In this document: in pieces, positions 23,701 to 36,499 of the stretch
Layout of the letters: every line of letters starts with the position of its first letter
How positions within the stretch are numbered: the first letter of the stretch is position 1
DNA from: Pseudovirgaria hyperparasitica
Taxonomy: Eukaryota
Assembly: GCA_010093815.1 (NCBI GenBank)
Contig: ML996574.1
DNA: 64,000 nt
Reading direction: 5' to 3' (one strand)
Notes under the pieces: generated by a model
What the model was told of the DNA's origin: nothing
The model's input: only the letters and a program-made list of their open reading frames with translations
Databases searched by the model: none
Program-made: the position numbers and the translations under genes

Positions 23701-26153
23701 ACGCGATCCCAATCTTGCCTTCATTGCGTACCAAAAGGGACAGAATGACTTGGAGCTCATCAATGTCACGAACGAAAACGGCATGTTCAGGGCACAAGCA
23801 CGTTATCTTCTCGAGCGATCTGACATTGATATCTGGAATTTTGTTCTCAGTGGCAACAATATGCACCGGAGATCTTTGGTCGACCAGGTCATCTCAACAG
23901 CTGTCCCAGAAAGCCAGGATCCTGACCGTGTGAGCTTAGCCGTCAAGGCTTTCATCCAGGGAGACATGCCCACGGAGCTCATTGAGCTACTTGAAAAGAT
24001 TATTCTCGAGCCATCAACGTTCAGCGACAACACCAACCTTCAGAATCTTCTCATGCTCACCGCAGCCAAATCAGACCGTGGTCGTCTCATGGGCTACATT
24101 CATCAGCTCGAAAATTATACCCCTGAGGACATCGCCAACACCTGTATCGACCTTGGCATGTATGAGGAAGCCTTTGAAATCCACAAGAAGGACAACAACC
24201 ATGCCGAGGCCGCCAACGTTCTAGTTGACCACGTCGTTAGCATTGATCGAGCACAAGAATATGCTGACAAAGTGGACCTACCGGAGGTATGGAGCAAGGT
24301 TGGCAAAGCCCAGCTCGATGGTCTGCGCATACCAGATTCGATTGAGTCGTACATCCGGGCCAAGGACCCTTCCAACTACAGCGAAGTCATTGAAATTGCA
24401 ACACATGCTGGCAAGGATGAAGACCTGATAAAATACCTGAAGATGGCTCGTAAGACTCTTCGCGAACCTCCTGTCGATACTGCGCTTGCTTTTTGTTTCG
24501 CACGAACGAATCAATTGCCCGAGCTTGAAGATTTCTTGCGAGGAGCCAACGTTGCGAACATTGAAGAGTCTGGTGATAAGGCATACGAAGAAGGCTTCCA
24601 CGAGGCTGCGAAGATTTTCTTTACCAGTATTTCGAACTGGGCTAAGCTTGCTACTACGTTGGTTCATCTCGAGGATTACCAATCTGCTGTTGAATGTGCA
24701 CGCAAAGCCAATAGCACTAAGGTGTGGAGACAAGTCAACGAAGCTTGTGTGGACAAAAAGGAGTTCCGTCTTGCACAGATCTGTGGTCTGAACCTCATCG
24801 TCCACGCTGAAGAACTGTCAGACTTGGAGCGCCAATACGAGCGTAACGGATACTTTGATGAGCTCATTTCACTTCTCGAGGCGGGCCTTGGGCTCGAAAG
24901 AGCGTAAGTAAAACTACTTTCTTAAGAAAGTCTTGAGCTAATGACCTTCTAGACATATGGGAATGTTCACGAGTTTAGGTGTTGCGTTATCCAAGTACCA
25001 CCCGGAACGTGTCATGGAGCACCTTCGCCTGTTTTGGTCCCGCATAAATATCCCTAAGATGATTCGGGCTGTGGAAGAGGCTCATCTCTGTAGGCTATAT
25101 CCAAAGACTTCAGGTTATATAGTATTTTGCTAATCATTACTGCAGGGCCAGAACTTGTCTTTCTGTACGCTCATTATGATGAGTGGGACAATGCTTCGCT
25201 TGCCATGATGGAGCGTGCCTCTGATGCATGGGAACACCACTCATTCAAGGACACGATTGTCAAGGTTACTAACCTTGAAATTTACTACCGCGCACTCGCA
25301 CACTACCTTGAGCAGCAACCAGATCTTCTCACCGATCTCCTCCAAGCCCTCACACCCCGTATCGATGTCAACCGTGTTGTGAAGATGTTCCAAAAGTCAG
25401 ACAACATTCCTCTCATCAAGCCATTTCTGCTCAACGTTCAATCGCAAAACAAGAGGACAGTCAACGATGCCATTAATGACCTCTTGATCGAGGAGGAAGA
25501 TTACAAGACGTTGCGTGACTCGACGGAAAACTACGATAACTACGATCCCGTGGATCTTGCCCAGCGACTAGAAAAGCATGAACTTGTTTTCTTCCGCCAG
25601 ATTGCCGCCAACATATATCGCAAGAACAAGAGATGGGACAAGTCGATCGCGCTATCGAAGCAAGACAAGCTCTTCAAGGATGCGATCGAGACAGCGGCCA
25701 TCTCTGGGAAAGGAGAGGTTGTCGAGGATCTTCTTCGCTACGTAAGTTTCTCCGCCTGTTCGTCAGATAGACCAGTTCACTAACAGTTCCTAGTTTGTCG
25801 ACATTGGCAGTCGTGAGTGTTATGTGGGTATGCTTTACGCGTGTTATGACCTCATCCGCCCAGATCTCGTACTCGAGATCTCATGGCGTCATGGCCTTCA
25901 TGATTTCACCATGCCATTCATGATCAACATGCTCGCACAGCAACATGCTGCCATTGAGACACTCAAGAAGGACAACGAGGAGCGCAAGGCTCGCGAGGCA
26001 TCGCAGCAAAAGACCGAAGAGGAGAAGCCCATCTTGGGCTCGAGGCTCATGCTTACTGCTGGACCTGGATCAATGTCGAGCGCACCAAGCCCAGGCCCAT
26101 ATGGACAAGCGAACGGCATTGCGCCGCAACCCACAGGCTACAGGGCTTTCTAA
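20761..26153 (+). CDS. CHC1: Clathrin heavy chain; exons 20761-20802, 20861-20881, 20958-20984, 21041-24903, 24953-25089, 25146-25741, 25794-26153
   Basis: LPIKFTELL, IGFNSC|TLESDHFICVR, RRPIKADSAIMHW, GLGLERA|HMGMFT, EKHELVFFRQIAA; six introns including two micro-exons. Confidence 0.98.
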
Positions 26154-26715
26154 ACCGCGTGACGTAGTGGCTATGATGGGGCTAATCAGATGATATGAGT
26201 AGACAGAGGTCCGGCATCACATTGCTGTCATCTCTTGACATGAGATCTGCACGAAGAGACAAGATGAATGAGCGCGGAGAAACATGAAATGGATAAGGTA
26301 TTAGCGGGGGGTAATTGCCGTTAGGAGAACTTTATTGAAGACAAGGCTTTTTTTAACTTGTCTTCTTGAGGTTTCTTTTTTAACACACATTCACCGATAT
26401 ACCGTGTAACTTTAGTTCTACCCTTTTTTTGTAGTTTCTTAAAGAAAAATGAATGGTGGGGGCTTGATTTTTTGGGGTTTAATTCTATATGGGTTGTACG
26501 ATGCTCTTTCCACATGTGACTTGCTACCATGGTAGTGGTGCGACGTCAGTTGTCTAATTAGCATGCATTCATACATTCCTTGGGACCTTGGGACTCTCGC
26601 TTGGCGAGGCTCACCCTCTCACTCACTCCCACCCCTTCTGAGAGAGGAGTGGCCTCCGCAATCCGTCACGACAATGGTCCGATTTTGGATCTCCGGAAGT
26701 GTTCTCGTGAGGTAG

Positions 26716-26762
26716 GCGTGTGTGTATGTGTGTGTACGTGTGTACACGTGTGTGCATGTGTG
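26716..26762. repeat. Imperfect (GT)n tract, 47 nt of unbroken purine-pyrimidine alternation
   Basis: gcgtgtgtgtatgtgtgtgtacgtgtgtacacgtgtgtgcatgtgtg. Confidence 0.9.
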
Positions 26763-28876
26763 GTAGACGTGTGTCTCGGGAAACGAATCGAAGAGGGTTT
26801 AGGGGAGGAGTGGAGTGGAGTGGATTTGTTGAGTGGATGCATCAGGTGGGTGTTGTGCAACAGGTGCAGGAAGGAGGCAAGGGAGGGGTGGGGAGTTTGT
26901 GATTGGGCGGGGCGGGCTTCCGTGGTGGTTTCCGGGTATAGGTATAGGTATATATAATGTGTGTGCCCCTGTCTGTGGAAGCTTGGCGGTTGGAGATGGG
27001 CGGAGGGGATTCGGGGCATCGGGGGATTTGTTAAGTGGGGTTGAGCTGGCTGGGTTGAGATGGGATTACATTACTGGAGATTTTTGCAGGCTGAGGAGAG
27101 ATGGAGATGGGCATGAGGGTAGATCTGAGTGTGGAGGAGCTGCGGGGGTGAGATGAGATGAGATGAGCTGAGATGGACTGAGAGGGGACTCGTTCTGTCG
27201 TGTGTGTTTTGGCCAGATGATCATCAATCATATAGTGTGTGTGTATTGGATGGGCATCAACTATGGCACGTCCAATGCAGTCTGTGTAAACGCTGTGGTC
27301 GTCAGATGATGACGACGGTCCGTCCTGGGAGGCTTTTGGTCAAGCCTTGGGGCGTCATATTAGCTGGCGCAAGATATGGTCCAATTCGCATGACGCCGTC
27401 CGCCTGTTTGTCCTGAAACACGGGCGGGATGGGTTGGGCGGGACGTCCGCAATCCGGTGGGATACCAAGAACGAGTATGTATATGGCCAAGGCAGCCGAG
27501 CCTTTGGGGAGTGACAAGACGACGATCGCTTGGACATGCTGAAGAAAGGATAAGAAAGGGACGTAGACGGATAATTGAATAAGAGGGCAGTATATTAAGC
27601 TCTACACGTAACTTCATGGGAATGCCATTACCAGTAAGGAGCGTTTCTTCAAGTAACAACATAAAGGTGCGGCGGGGAGGGGAGAGAGAAAGAGCTACTG
27701 GATGGAGGTCAGAGCTCAAGCCCGTGGGGGAAAGAGCGAGGGGGAGCTGCGTCGACTTACTGAATCGGGGGTAAACAGACTGGAACAAGCTTGGACTGGC
27801 CTACGCCCTGACGACTGTCGCTTGGAGCGCTGCATCACTATTTATCGTGATAGCGTGTGGACTATCTCGTAGTACCGTTTACACCTTCACAACTGTCCAG
27901 GTAATCAAGGAGTCGTCGTTATCTCCAACCCTACCAGCCAGCCACGGATGTTAAGAGCTGCTGAGTGTGTCAGTTAGTATCTTATGCGCAATCGCTCGTC
28001 GAACCAGCCCGAACAGCCGAGTGTAGCCGGTGCTTCCCAAGGCCCGAGATAATTGATCTGTATAATAGTTATTTCCATGGCTGTGGAGAGGTTGAGTCAT
28101 ATGCGTCGCTGATGTATGACATAGATGCATGGTGTGATACAATTGGCGTGTCTCGTACGGACATCCCAAGGCTTGGACTGGTGACAGAATATAATTAGCA
28201 GAGCATGCCAAACAAAGAAACGTCCATCAGAGTGCTTAATGCGGTACTTGGCAAGCGTTTGTCCCCGCTTGGCGGTGCGTCAAGGTTGCTCGGATCAATT
28301 GGTGACGAGCACGGTAGTGATGGTGAGGGTATAGTGTTGTGTGTGCTCAGGAAGCGGTCAGGGATTGTGCATATGCAGCGGCGAGGAATCGAGGGGCTCA
28401 GATGAATGTCGGGATAATGCCTGGATTCTGGTGGTTGTGAATGTCTTGTTGTTTAGGTTGTGTCTGTTTGCTGGAGCTGACGTACAACCTTGCAGGCATC
28501 AAAAAGCAATTGTTCCCTGTGGATTGTGGGGTGGTCAGAGCTTGAACTCAACTATTCCTAGTATACTCTATCTGTGTCTATATATCTAAGGTATGTGCCC
28601 CTCATTCATCATAAGCCCGAAGCTCGGCGCTAGTCCTAATCCAAGCTTCCAACGCAATTGAGCTTTCAGACCGCCCACCATAAACTCACTGACACGGCCC
28701 CGGTCGTTTTTGTTGTGCTTGAAGCCCTCCCTCACCCTCCTCCACTAGATTGTTGGCTTCATAAAGACCTGCGCCCGCCCTCTTTTCTCTAGCTCATACA
28801 ATCGCATTTCTTTCCTCTCCACTCATCTCCCCTCCCGATCTCTCCCCTCAATCAAACTCCCCCTCACTCGCCCACC

Positions 28877-31800
28877 ATGACCGACCAAACGAAGGACGAC
28901 GCCAACAACACGGCTATCTCTGACGATTCCTTTGATGAAGATGACCACGATAATGCGCACATTCACCGTAACTCGGTCCACCAGCGGTTGCGAGCAAACA
29001 GCTCCATCATGCAGCTGAAGAAGCTACTCGGTTCGTCTGCCTACCCTTACTGCTCATTTCAATTGGCATATGTAGTCTCGCGAATCATACGAGCTAAGCT
29101 AACCTCCAATTTCCATGTACAGTGGCCAACCGAGGTGAAATTCCTATTCGTATTTTCCGCACAGCTCACGAGCTGTCTCTGCATACCGTTGCTGTCTACA
29201 GTCATGAGGACCGACTGGGCATGCATCGTCAGAAGGCTGATGAGGCCTATGTCATTGGAAAGCGCGGCCAATACACTCCCGTCGGCGCCTATCTGGCTGG
29301 CGACGAGATCATCAAGATTGCTCGCGAGCACGAGGTTAACATGATCCACCCGGGTTATGGCTTCCTCTCAGAGAATGCTGAGTTCGCAAAGAAGGTTGAG
29401 GAAGCTGGCATTATTGTAAGTCTTGGCAGCGGACCTCCGTATTTCTTTTTGTACGACCGTCAGGATTCCAATTGTATGGATTGTGTGTCGCAATGACACA
29501 TCAACTTTGCAGCATGACTTGGAGTGCGCAATCCGTCTAGTTTTCTTTTGGGTCTAGAGGGATGTGCTAACGACACATTCCAGTGGGTTGGCCCCACGCC
29601 AGAGACCATTGAATCCTTGGGAGATAAGGTTTCTGCCAGAAGATTAGCCATCAAGTGTGATGTTCCTGTCGTACCAGGTACCCCAGATCCTGTCGCGAAA
29701 TTCGAAGACGCAAAGGTCTTCACGGACGAATATGGCTTCCCAATCATTATCAAGGCCGCCTTTGGTGGAGGTGGTCGTGGTATGCGTGTTGTGCGCGACC
29801 AGGAGAGCTTGAAGGACTCCTTCGAGCGTGCCACATCCGAGGCCAAGTCAGCTTTCGGTAACGGCACCGTCTTCATCGAGCGCTTCCTCGACAAACCCAA
29901 GCACATTGAAGTCCAACTGTTGGGTGACAACCACGGCAACGTGGTCCATCTCTATGAGCGTGACTGCAGTGTGCAACGTCGTCACCAGAAAGTTGTCGAG
30001 TTGGCACCAGCCAAAGATCTACCGGCCAAAACGCGAGACGCCATCCTGGCTGATGCTGTGAAACTCGCCAAGTCGGTCAACTACCGCAATGCTGGAACGG
30101 CGGAGTTTTTGGTCGACCAACAGAACAGATATTACTTCATTGAGATCAACCCTAGAATGTAGGTATCTCGTGGCCTGGATGTATCGCACAAGCGCTAACA
30201 ATTGCATAGCCAAGTCGAGCACACTATCACCGAAGAAATCACCGGCATTGATATTGTGGCCGCCCAGATTCAGATTGCTGCAGGTGCCTCCCTGGCACAG
30301 CTTGGACTTACCCAAGACCGTATCTCTACCCGAGGATTTGCTATTCAATGTCGTATCACCACCGAAGACCCGGCAAATGCTTTCTCCCCAGATACTGGCA
30401 AGATTGAGGTCTACCGCTCGGCCGGTGGAAACGGTGTCCGTCTAGATGGTGGTAATGGTTTTGCTGGCTCAATCATCACTCCGTAAGTACCTGCTCTTAT
30501 GTCCTACTGTACCAGCTTTCTTGTTTCATTGTTCCATTACCATTTGTGTCTATCTTTGTGATTGTGTCTCTTTATATTGCAGTTGTGTTTTCATAGCAGG
30601 CTCAACACGTCTTTGTTGATCCTGTACTTTCATTCTGTCTCTTCGATTTTTCTTATCCGTCCTCCATTGCCTGTCTTCTTCGTCGAAAGTATGTCTACAA
30701 ATGGAAGACATGCCGCGATGCTTGCGTCTCTGCGCCTTGTTGGGGACATCACATGTCCAGGACCTGTAGTGGTCGGGTCATGTGACGACATCCACACTGA
30801 GAGGCAATTGTGTATATCATTGGCCTCTTCCCTGGTCAAGGCTTCTTGGACCTCGACTGATGGGTAGCCATTGACCTGGATGGGGGTAAATGGCCATGCG
30901 ATCTACATGCCTGTCATCATTGACATTGTGGCATGTATTCTATTTTCTCTGCCCAATTCTCATTTCAAATGCGCGCTTTTCTTCTCCTTCGATGATATCT
31001 CTTTTCTACAGCTTTTCAATCGCTCACGTGTATCTGAATTCATGACCTACCTTCGACACTTGCTCTTAGGCTTGCTAATGCGTCCCACAGGCACTATGAT
31101 AGTATGCTGACGAAATGCACATGCTTGGGATCAACTTACGAGATCGCTCGAAGAAAGATGCTGCGTGCCTTGGTCGAATTCCGAATCCGAGGCCTTAAGA
31201 CCAACATCCCATTCTTGGCATCCCTCCTCACTCACGAGACATTCATCGCTAGCAAGTGCTGGACTACCTTCATCGATGACACTCCTGAATTGTTCGCCCT
31301 TGTTGGAAATCAGAACCGTGCACAGAAGCTGTTGGCATACCTCGGTGATGTTGCTGTGAATGGCAGCCAGATCAAGGGACAAATCGGCGAGCCCAAGTTC
31401 AAGGGCGAGATCCGCATCCCAGAGCTCGTTAGCAAGGACGGGAAAGTCATCGACACATCTAAGCCATGTGCAACTGGATGGAGGAACATCATCGTCGAGA
31501 AAGGCCCTGCCGAGTTTGCCAAGGCTGTGCGCGCTAACAAAGGCTGTCTCATTATGGATACCACCTGGAGAGATGCTCACCAATCTCTTCTCGCTACTCG
31601 TCTCCGTACTATCGACATGTTGAACATTGCCAGCGAGACCAGCCATGCTTTCAGCAACGCTTGGGCTTTGGAGTGCTGGGGTGGTGCTACATTTGATGTT
31701 GCCTATCGTTTCCTGTACGAAGATCCATGGGACCGACTCCGCAAGATGAGGAAGGCTGTACCCAACATTCCTTTCCAGATGCTACTGAGAGGCGCCAACG

Positions 31801-33444
31801 GCGTTGCTTATTCTTCGCTACCTGACAATGCCATCGTACACTTCTGTGAACAGGCCAAGAAGAACGGTGTCGATATCTTCCGTGTCTTTGATGCTCTCAA
31901 CGATACTGAGCAGCTCGAAGTCGGTATTAAGGCTGTTCTCAAGGCTGGTGGTGTCGCTGAGGGCACTGTTTGCTACTCAGGTGACATGATGAACCCAGCC
32001 AAGAAGTACAACCTTGAGTACTATATGACAGTGGTTGACAAGATTGTCAAGATGGGCGCCCATGTTCTGGGTATCAAGGACATGGCTGGTGTACTGAAGC
32101 CGCGTGCTGCCACACTCTTGATTGGTAGCATTCGCAAGAAGTACCCCGACCTTCCGATCCATGTTCACACTCACGATTCTGCCGGTACTGGTGTTGCCTC
32201 TATGGTCGCTTGTGCCCAGGCAGGTGCTGATGCCGTAGATGCTGCGATGGATTCATTGTCCGGAACCACTTCACAGCCAGCTATTGGTGCTCTCCTCGCA
32301 TCTCTCGAGGGGGGTGACCTTGACCCCGGCCTTGATGCTCACGTTGTCAGACATCTTGATGCTTACTGGGCACAACTTCGCCTGCTCTACTCTCCCTTTG
32401 AGGCTGGTCTGACTGGTCCCGATCCCGAGGTGTATGAGCATGAGATCCCTGGTGGCCAGTTGACCAACCTGATCTTCCAGGCTTCCCAGCAAGGTCTCGG
32501 AGCTAAGTGGGCGCAGACCAAGAAGGCCTATGAGCAGGCCAATGATCTTCTCGGAGACATTGTCAAAGTCACGCCTACCTCGAAGGTTGTTGGTGACCTC
32601 GCTCAATTCATGGTCGCCAACGGCCTCTCCGAGGAGGATGTGCACAAAAAAGCTGAACAGCTTGACTTCCCCAGCTCTGTACTCGAGTTCTTCGAGGGTC
32701 TTATGGGTCAACCTCACGGCGGATTCCCTGAGCCACTCCGCACCCATGCTCTCCGCGATCGCCGGAAGATGGACAAGCGTCCAGGTCTTTACATGGACCC
32801 CATTGACTTCACTAAAGTCAAGGCTGACCTCAAGGAAAAATACGGTGGTGCCACCGAGACTGACGTCGCGTCCTGGGTAATGTACCCCAAGGTTTTCGAG
32901 GACTATAAGAAATTCACCGACAAGTATGGCGATCTGTCTGTTCTACCCACGCGGTTCTTCCTGTCCAAGCCTGAAATCGGCGAGGAGTTCCACGTTCAGC
33001 TCGAGAAGGGTAAGGTTCTAATCCTCAAGCTCCTTGCTGTTGGTCCTCTCTCGGAGCAGACTGGCCAACGTGAGGTCTTCTACGAAATGAACGGCGAAGT
33101 GCGCCAAATCGCCGTTGAAGATATTCACGCCGGTATCGAGAACACTGCTCGTGTCAAGGCCGACTCGAGCGATAGCAGCCAAGTCGGCTGCCCGATGTCT
33201 GGTGTTGTCGTCGAGGTTCGCGTGCACAACGATGCTGAGGTCAAGAAGGGTGATCCTATTGCTGTACTTAGTGCCATGAAGATGGTAAGTCTTTCACGCA
33301 AGTCTGCTATACAAATGCAAGTACTAATATGTTTGACAGGAAATGGTCATCTCCGCACCACACTCCGGCAAGATCGGTGAGCTCAGCGTCAAGGAAGGTG
33401 ACTCGCTAGACTCACAGGATCTCGTGTGCAAGATTGTCAAGTGA
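28877..33444 (+). CDS. PYC1: Pyruvate carboxylase; exons 28877-29030, 29123-29415, 29584-30158, 30210-30482, 31091-33284, 33340-33444
   Basis: [69 protein letters not shown] biotinylation motif. Confidence 0.98.
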
Positions 33445-34090
33445 GGGCAGCAATTGAGAATATCTTGCTTTCGTACCTCATTTATACCTATATCTTGTCA
33501 TGTCTTGCGTGTGCCCGCAGCAGCGGTTTGGAGTCGGGAGGGGGGAAATTCCGAATGATGATCTTGATGTCTGAACAACGTTCCACAAGGATTATGAATT
33601 CCATATTTTTAGTGCTCTGTTTGGATATCTATGAATGAAGAAGCAATTCAAAAAGATTCATTAATTATCTATACACTCAATAGAGTGATTCTGTATTCAT
33701 CTAGGTACGCTGAGGTCTACTCCTCTTTTACGGATAAAGGAGTGCCTATCTCTTTCCTCCGCAGGTCTTTATGACCGAGTCTCGAGGCCTCGACCGACGC
33801 CCAGACTGCACTGTTTAGTACCATCTAATCTACGACATGCACATGTCAGTCGTGGCAATTGTTTTGGATACTGTCCAACAGCTTTCGTGGTCATTGAAGG
33901 CGTATACTTCCAGAGCTATTCGAGCTCTGACAGTGAAGCCAAAGCGAGCGCATGCGCGCCGCTGAGCCCTCGACATCAATGCAAATGAATGCCATCCATG
34001 AAGCCGTCTCAGCTCAAGCTCTGACCACGAATCAATCCAAAGCAAATCACTTCTCTCCAGCCAGAGCCAGCCGAGCCAACTGAGAGAAAT

Positions 34091-35414
34091 TCACTTCTTC
34101 ATGCTGCCAAAATCGATTTTGCGCGCAACTTTATCTGCCCTGCCATCCGACGGCGCCTCGCCTGGCTTCCGCTTCAGGTCCTCTGCCATCTTTACGGGTC
34201 CACCACCTCCGCCAGCCTGCGGGAGTAATTCCGTTTTCGTTGGCGCGGGCGCGGTGCGGAACCAGTCATGTGCGAGGATTTGCTTTGCTGTCGGTCGCTT
34301 GCGCGGGTCCAGACTGGTCATGCTGCGCAGCAGGTCGATGCCGATGGGGCCGAGCTGTCCGAACTCGCGGTTCCATTGCTCGGTCGGCATGCCGGGGGGT
34401 CTCGGGGCGCTGTCGTCTGAAGGGTTGATCAGGGGGGCGTTGGGCAGTTTGGTGACGCCGGGCCAGTTTGCTTCGGAGGGGGAGCCGAAGACTTCGGTGA
34501 TGCGGGTGAAGATTTCGAGGTCGGTGTGGCCGGGGACCCAGTAGTCGCGCTTGACGAGTTCGCCGAGGACGATGCCGCAGCTCCAGATGTCGACTGCGGC
34601 GCTGTAGTGTGTTGCGCCGAGGAAGAGCTCGGGGGGCCGGTAGAAGGAGGTGACCATCTCGGGGGTCATGCGGGTGCCTGGGTCGGCGAAGCTGCGGGCG
34701 AGACCAAAGTCGGCGAGTTTGAGGGAGCCGTCGGCGGCGATGAGGAGGTTGTCGCCTTTGATGTCGCGGTGCATGACGAAGTGTTCGTGGCAGAACCAGA
34801 CGGCGCGCATGAGCATGGCCATCCAGGCCTTGATGTCGGCGCCGGTGTAGCTGACCTCGGGCCCCTTTGCGTCGGCGCCGCGGTAGTAGATTGTTTTGAG
34901 GTCGCCGCGGGGCAGGAGCTCGATGACCATGTTTACGTTCTGGTCCTTGGAGGAGAAGACGGCCATGAGGTTGATGATGTTTGGGTGTTTGAGTTCTTGG
35001 AGGAAGCGGATCTCGCGGATGGTGTCGATGGACATGCCGTCTTTGAAGGAGTCGAGCTTTTTGGTCTTTTTGATGGCTACGAGCGTGTTGGGTGAGGTGG
35101 TGTCGTGGCCGAGGAAGACATTGGCGTAGGTTCCTTCGCCGAGGAGTTTGCCTGGGGGGGTTTCTATGTTAGAGGGATGTCTGTGAGAGTGGGTGTGCAT
35201 GCTCACCTTTCTTGTATCGTGCTCGTGTTTGAGCGTTGAGCTCTTCTGCTAGGTCTCGTTCGCCGCCATCCTCGCCGGGGCTGGAGGGTTTCGATATCGG
35301 GGATGAGGCTGATGTTTCTGTGGCTCTGATCACGGTCAAGGCTTTCGCTTTGGCGGCTTGTATCTCTGTAGAGGCGCTTTTGGGATGTACTGGGGAGTTC
35401 GTGGACACACCCAT
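34091..35414 (-). CDS. KIN28: TFIIH kinase CDK7/Kin28; exons 35414-35207, 35151-34091
   Basis: LGEGTYANV, VAIKK, DTIREIRFLQE, HRDIK, DFGLARSFADP, YRPPELFLGA, C-terminal ARKIDFG. Confidence 0.88.
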
Positions 35415-35776
35415 ACTGAGAAATATGTAGGTTCGAGGCGCGCGGTCGGATTTCTGCTGAGAGCGCTCACATGAAATATTCGAGGCTATATGAGCTGAGA
35501 GCGGGCTTCAGGAGTCTCAGACAGCATGCCTGAGCCCTCACACAAAGGATGATCCTGGAGAAGGGTCCGCTGTGGTTTATTATCATTCTGGAACTCACCT
35601 CCGAATCGCCGCATCGTTTGGCTTGGCACGCCAAGCAGGACCTAAATCTTTCCCCATGACCCTTCACGCGATTGACTTTCGAGACCGTTCGACAACGCGT
35701 AACACGGTCTATATCGGTATGTGATCCTCGCAATTGACTATTACATGGAGATACTAATACCATATCTAGCCGCACA

Positions 35777-36499
35777 ATGATATTACGAACCTTCACATTG
35801 CCCATCCGGGCTTGTTTCAAACCCTCTGTTCCTCAGCAATGCGTCCGGAACCTCCATTATGCTATCCCTACGCGCTCTATTCCCAAGCCAACTCCCTTCA
35901 TTCCAGACGCTGCGACATTTCTCAAAGTGATCGGACGCGGTCTCAGTCAATACACCTCCAAATTCGAATCATGGGAAGCTCTCTTCTCCATGACCTCAAA
36001 ACAGATGAAAGAGATCGGTATTGAGCCTCCACGCGCACGAAGATACCTCCTACAATGGCGCGAACGCTTCCGAAACGGCGAGCACGGTGTAGGATCGGAC
36101 ATCAAGCATGTCAAAGACGGAGTAGCGTACTTCCGCCTCATTGAACGCAATGTCAAGTCCGCTGAAACAGACATTGCAACGGGAGCCCATACGCCCGGCA
36201 AGGTTAAGGTGGCCGCCAACGTGCCGCATGACCAATTGGGATTGGATATTCCAGTCCCCAATGCGACGACCGTCAAGGGCTTCAAGGTGAAGAATCTACA
36301 GACTCTTAGTGGGCCGCATCTCAACAATGTTGCTGGAACGGGAGGACGTGTTGCGAAGATTGAGGCAAAGGAGGGGCTCTGGGAGATCAGGAGAGGATCA
36401 AAGGTTGATGGTGGTGAGAGACGAAGGAAACAGGTCAGGTATAATAGACAGAAGGCCATCAATAGGGCGAAGAGAGAGGAGGCGGGTGTTGCCTTCTAA
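35777..36499 (+). CDS. FYV4: Mitochondrial small-subunit ribosomal protein mS41 (Fyv4, IGR motif)
   Basis: Basic presequence-like N-terminus; PTPFIPDAATFLKVIGRG, GIEPPRARRYLL.WRE, G.KVDGGERR. Confidence 0.85.
   Translation: MILRTFTLPIRACFKPSVPQQCVRNLHYAIPTRSIPKPTPFIPDAATFLKVIGRGLSQYTSKFESWEALFSMTSKQMKEIGIEPPRARRYLLQWRERFRNGEHGVGSDIKHVKDGVAYFRLIERNVKSAETDIATGAHTPGKVKVAANVPHDQLGLDIPVPNATTVKGFKVKNLQTLSGPHLNNVAGTGGRVAKIEAKEGLWEIRRGSKVDGGERRRKQVRYNRQKAINRAKREEAGVAF

Noticed and set aside
26320..27250. Telomerase RNA or snRNA
   Set aside because: No UAACCCUAA-type template or snRNA signature was found by eye.
30741..30900. TPP riboswitch in the PYC intron (GGGG...CTGAGA present)
   Set aside because: The downstream conserved core (GAACyUGAU...AAU.CC.GCG.A.G) is absent, so the match is only partial.
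34101..35129. Long + strand ORFs opposite KIN28 (and similar shadow ORFs over HSP104, CHC1 and PYC)
   Set aside because: Explained by codon bias of the real gene on the other strand or frame.
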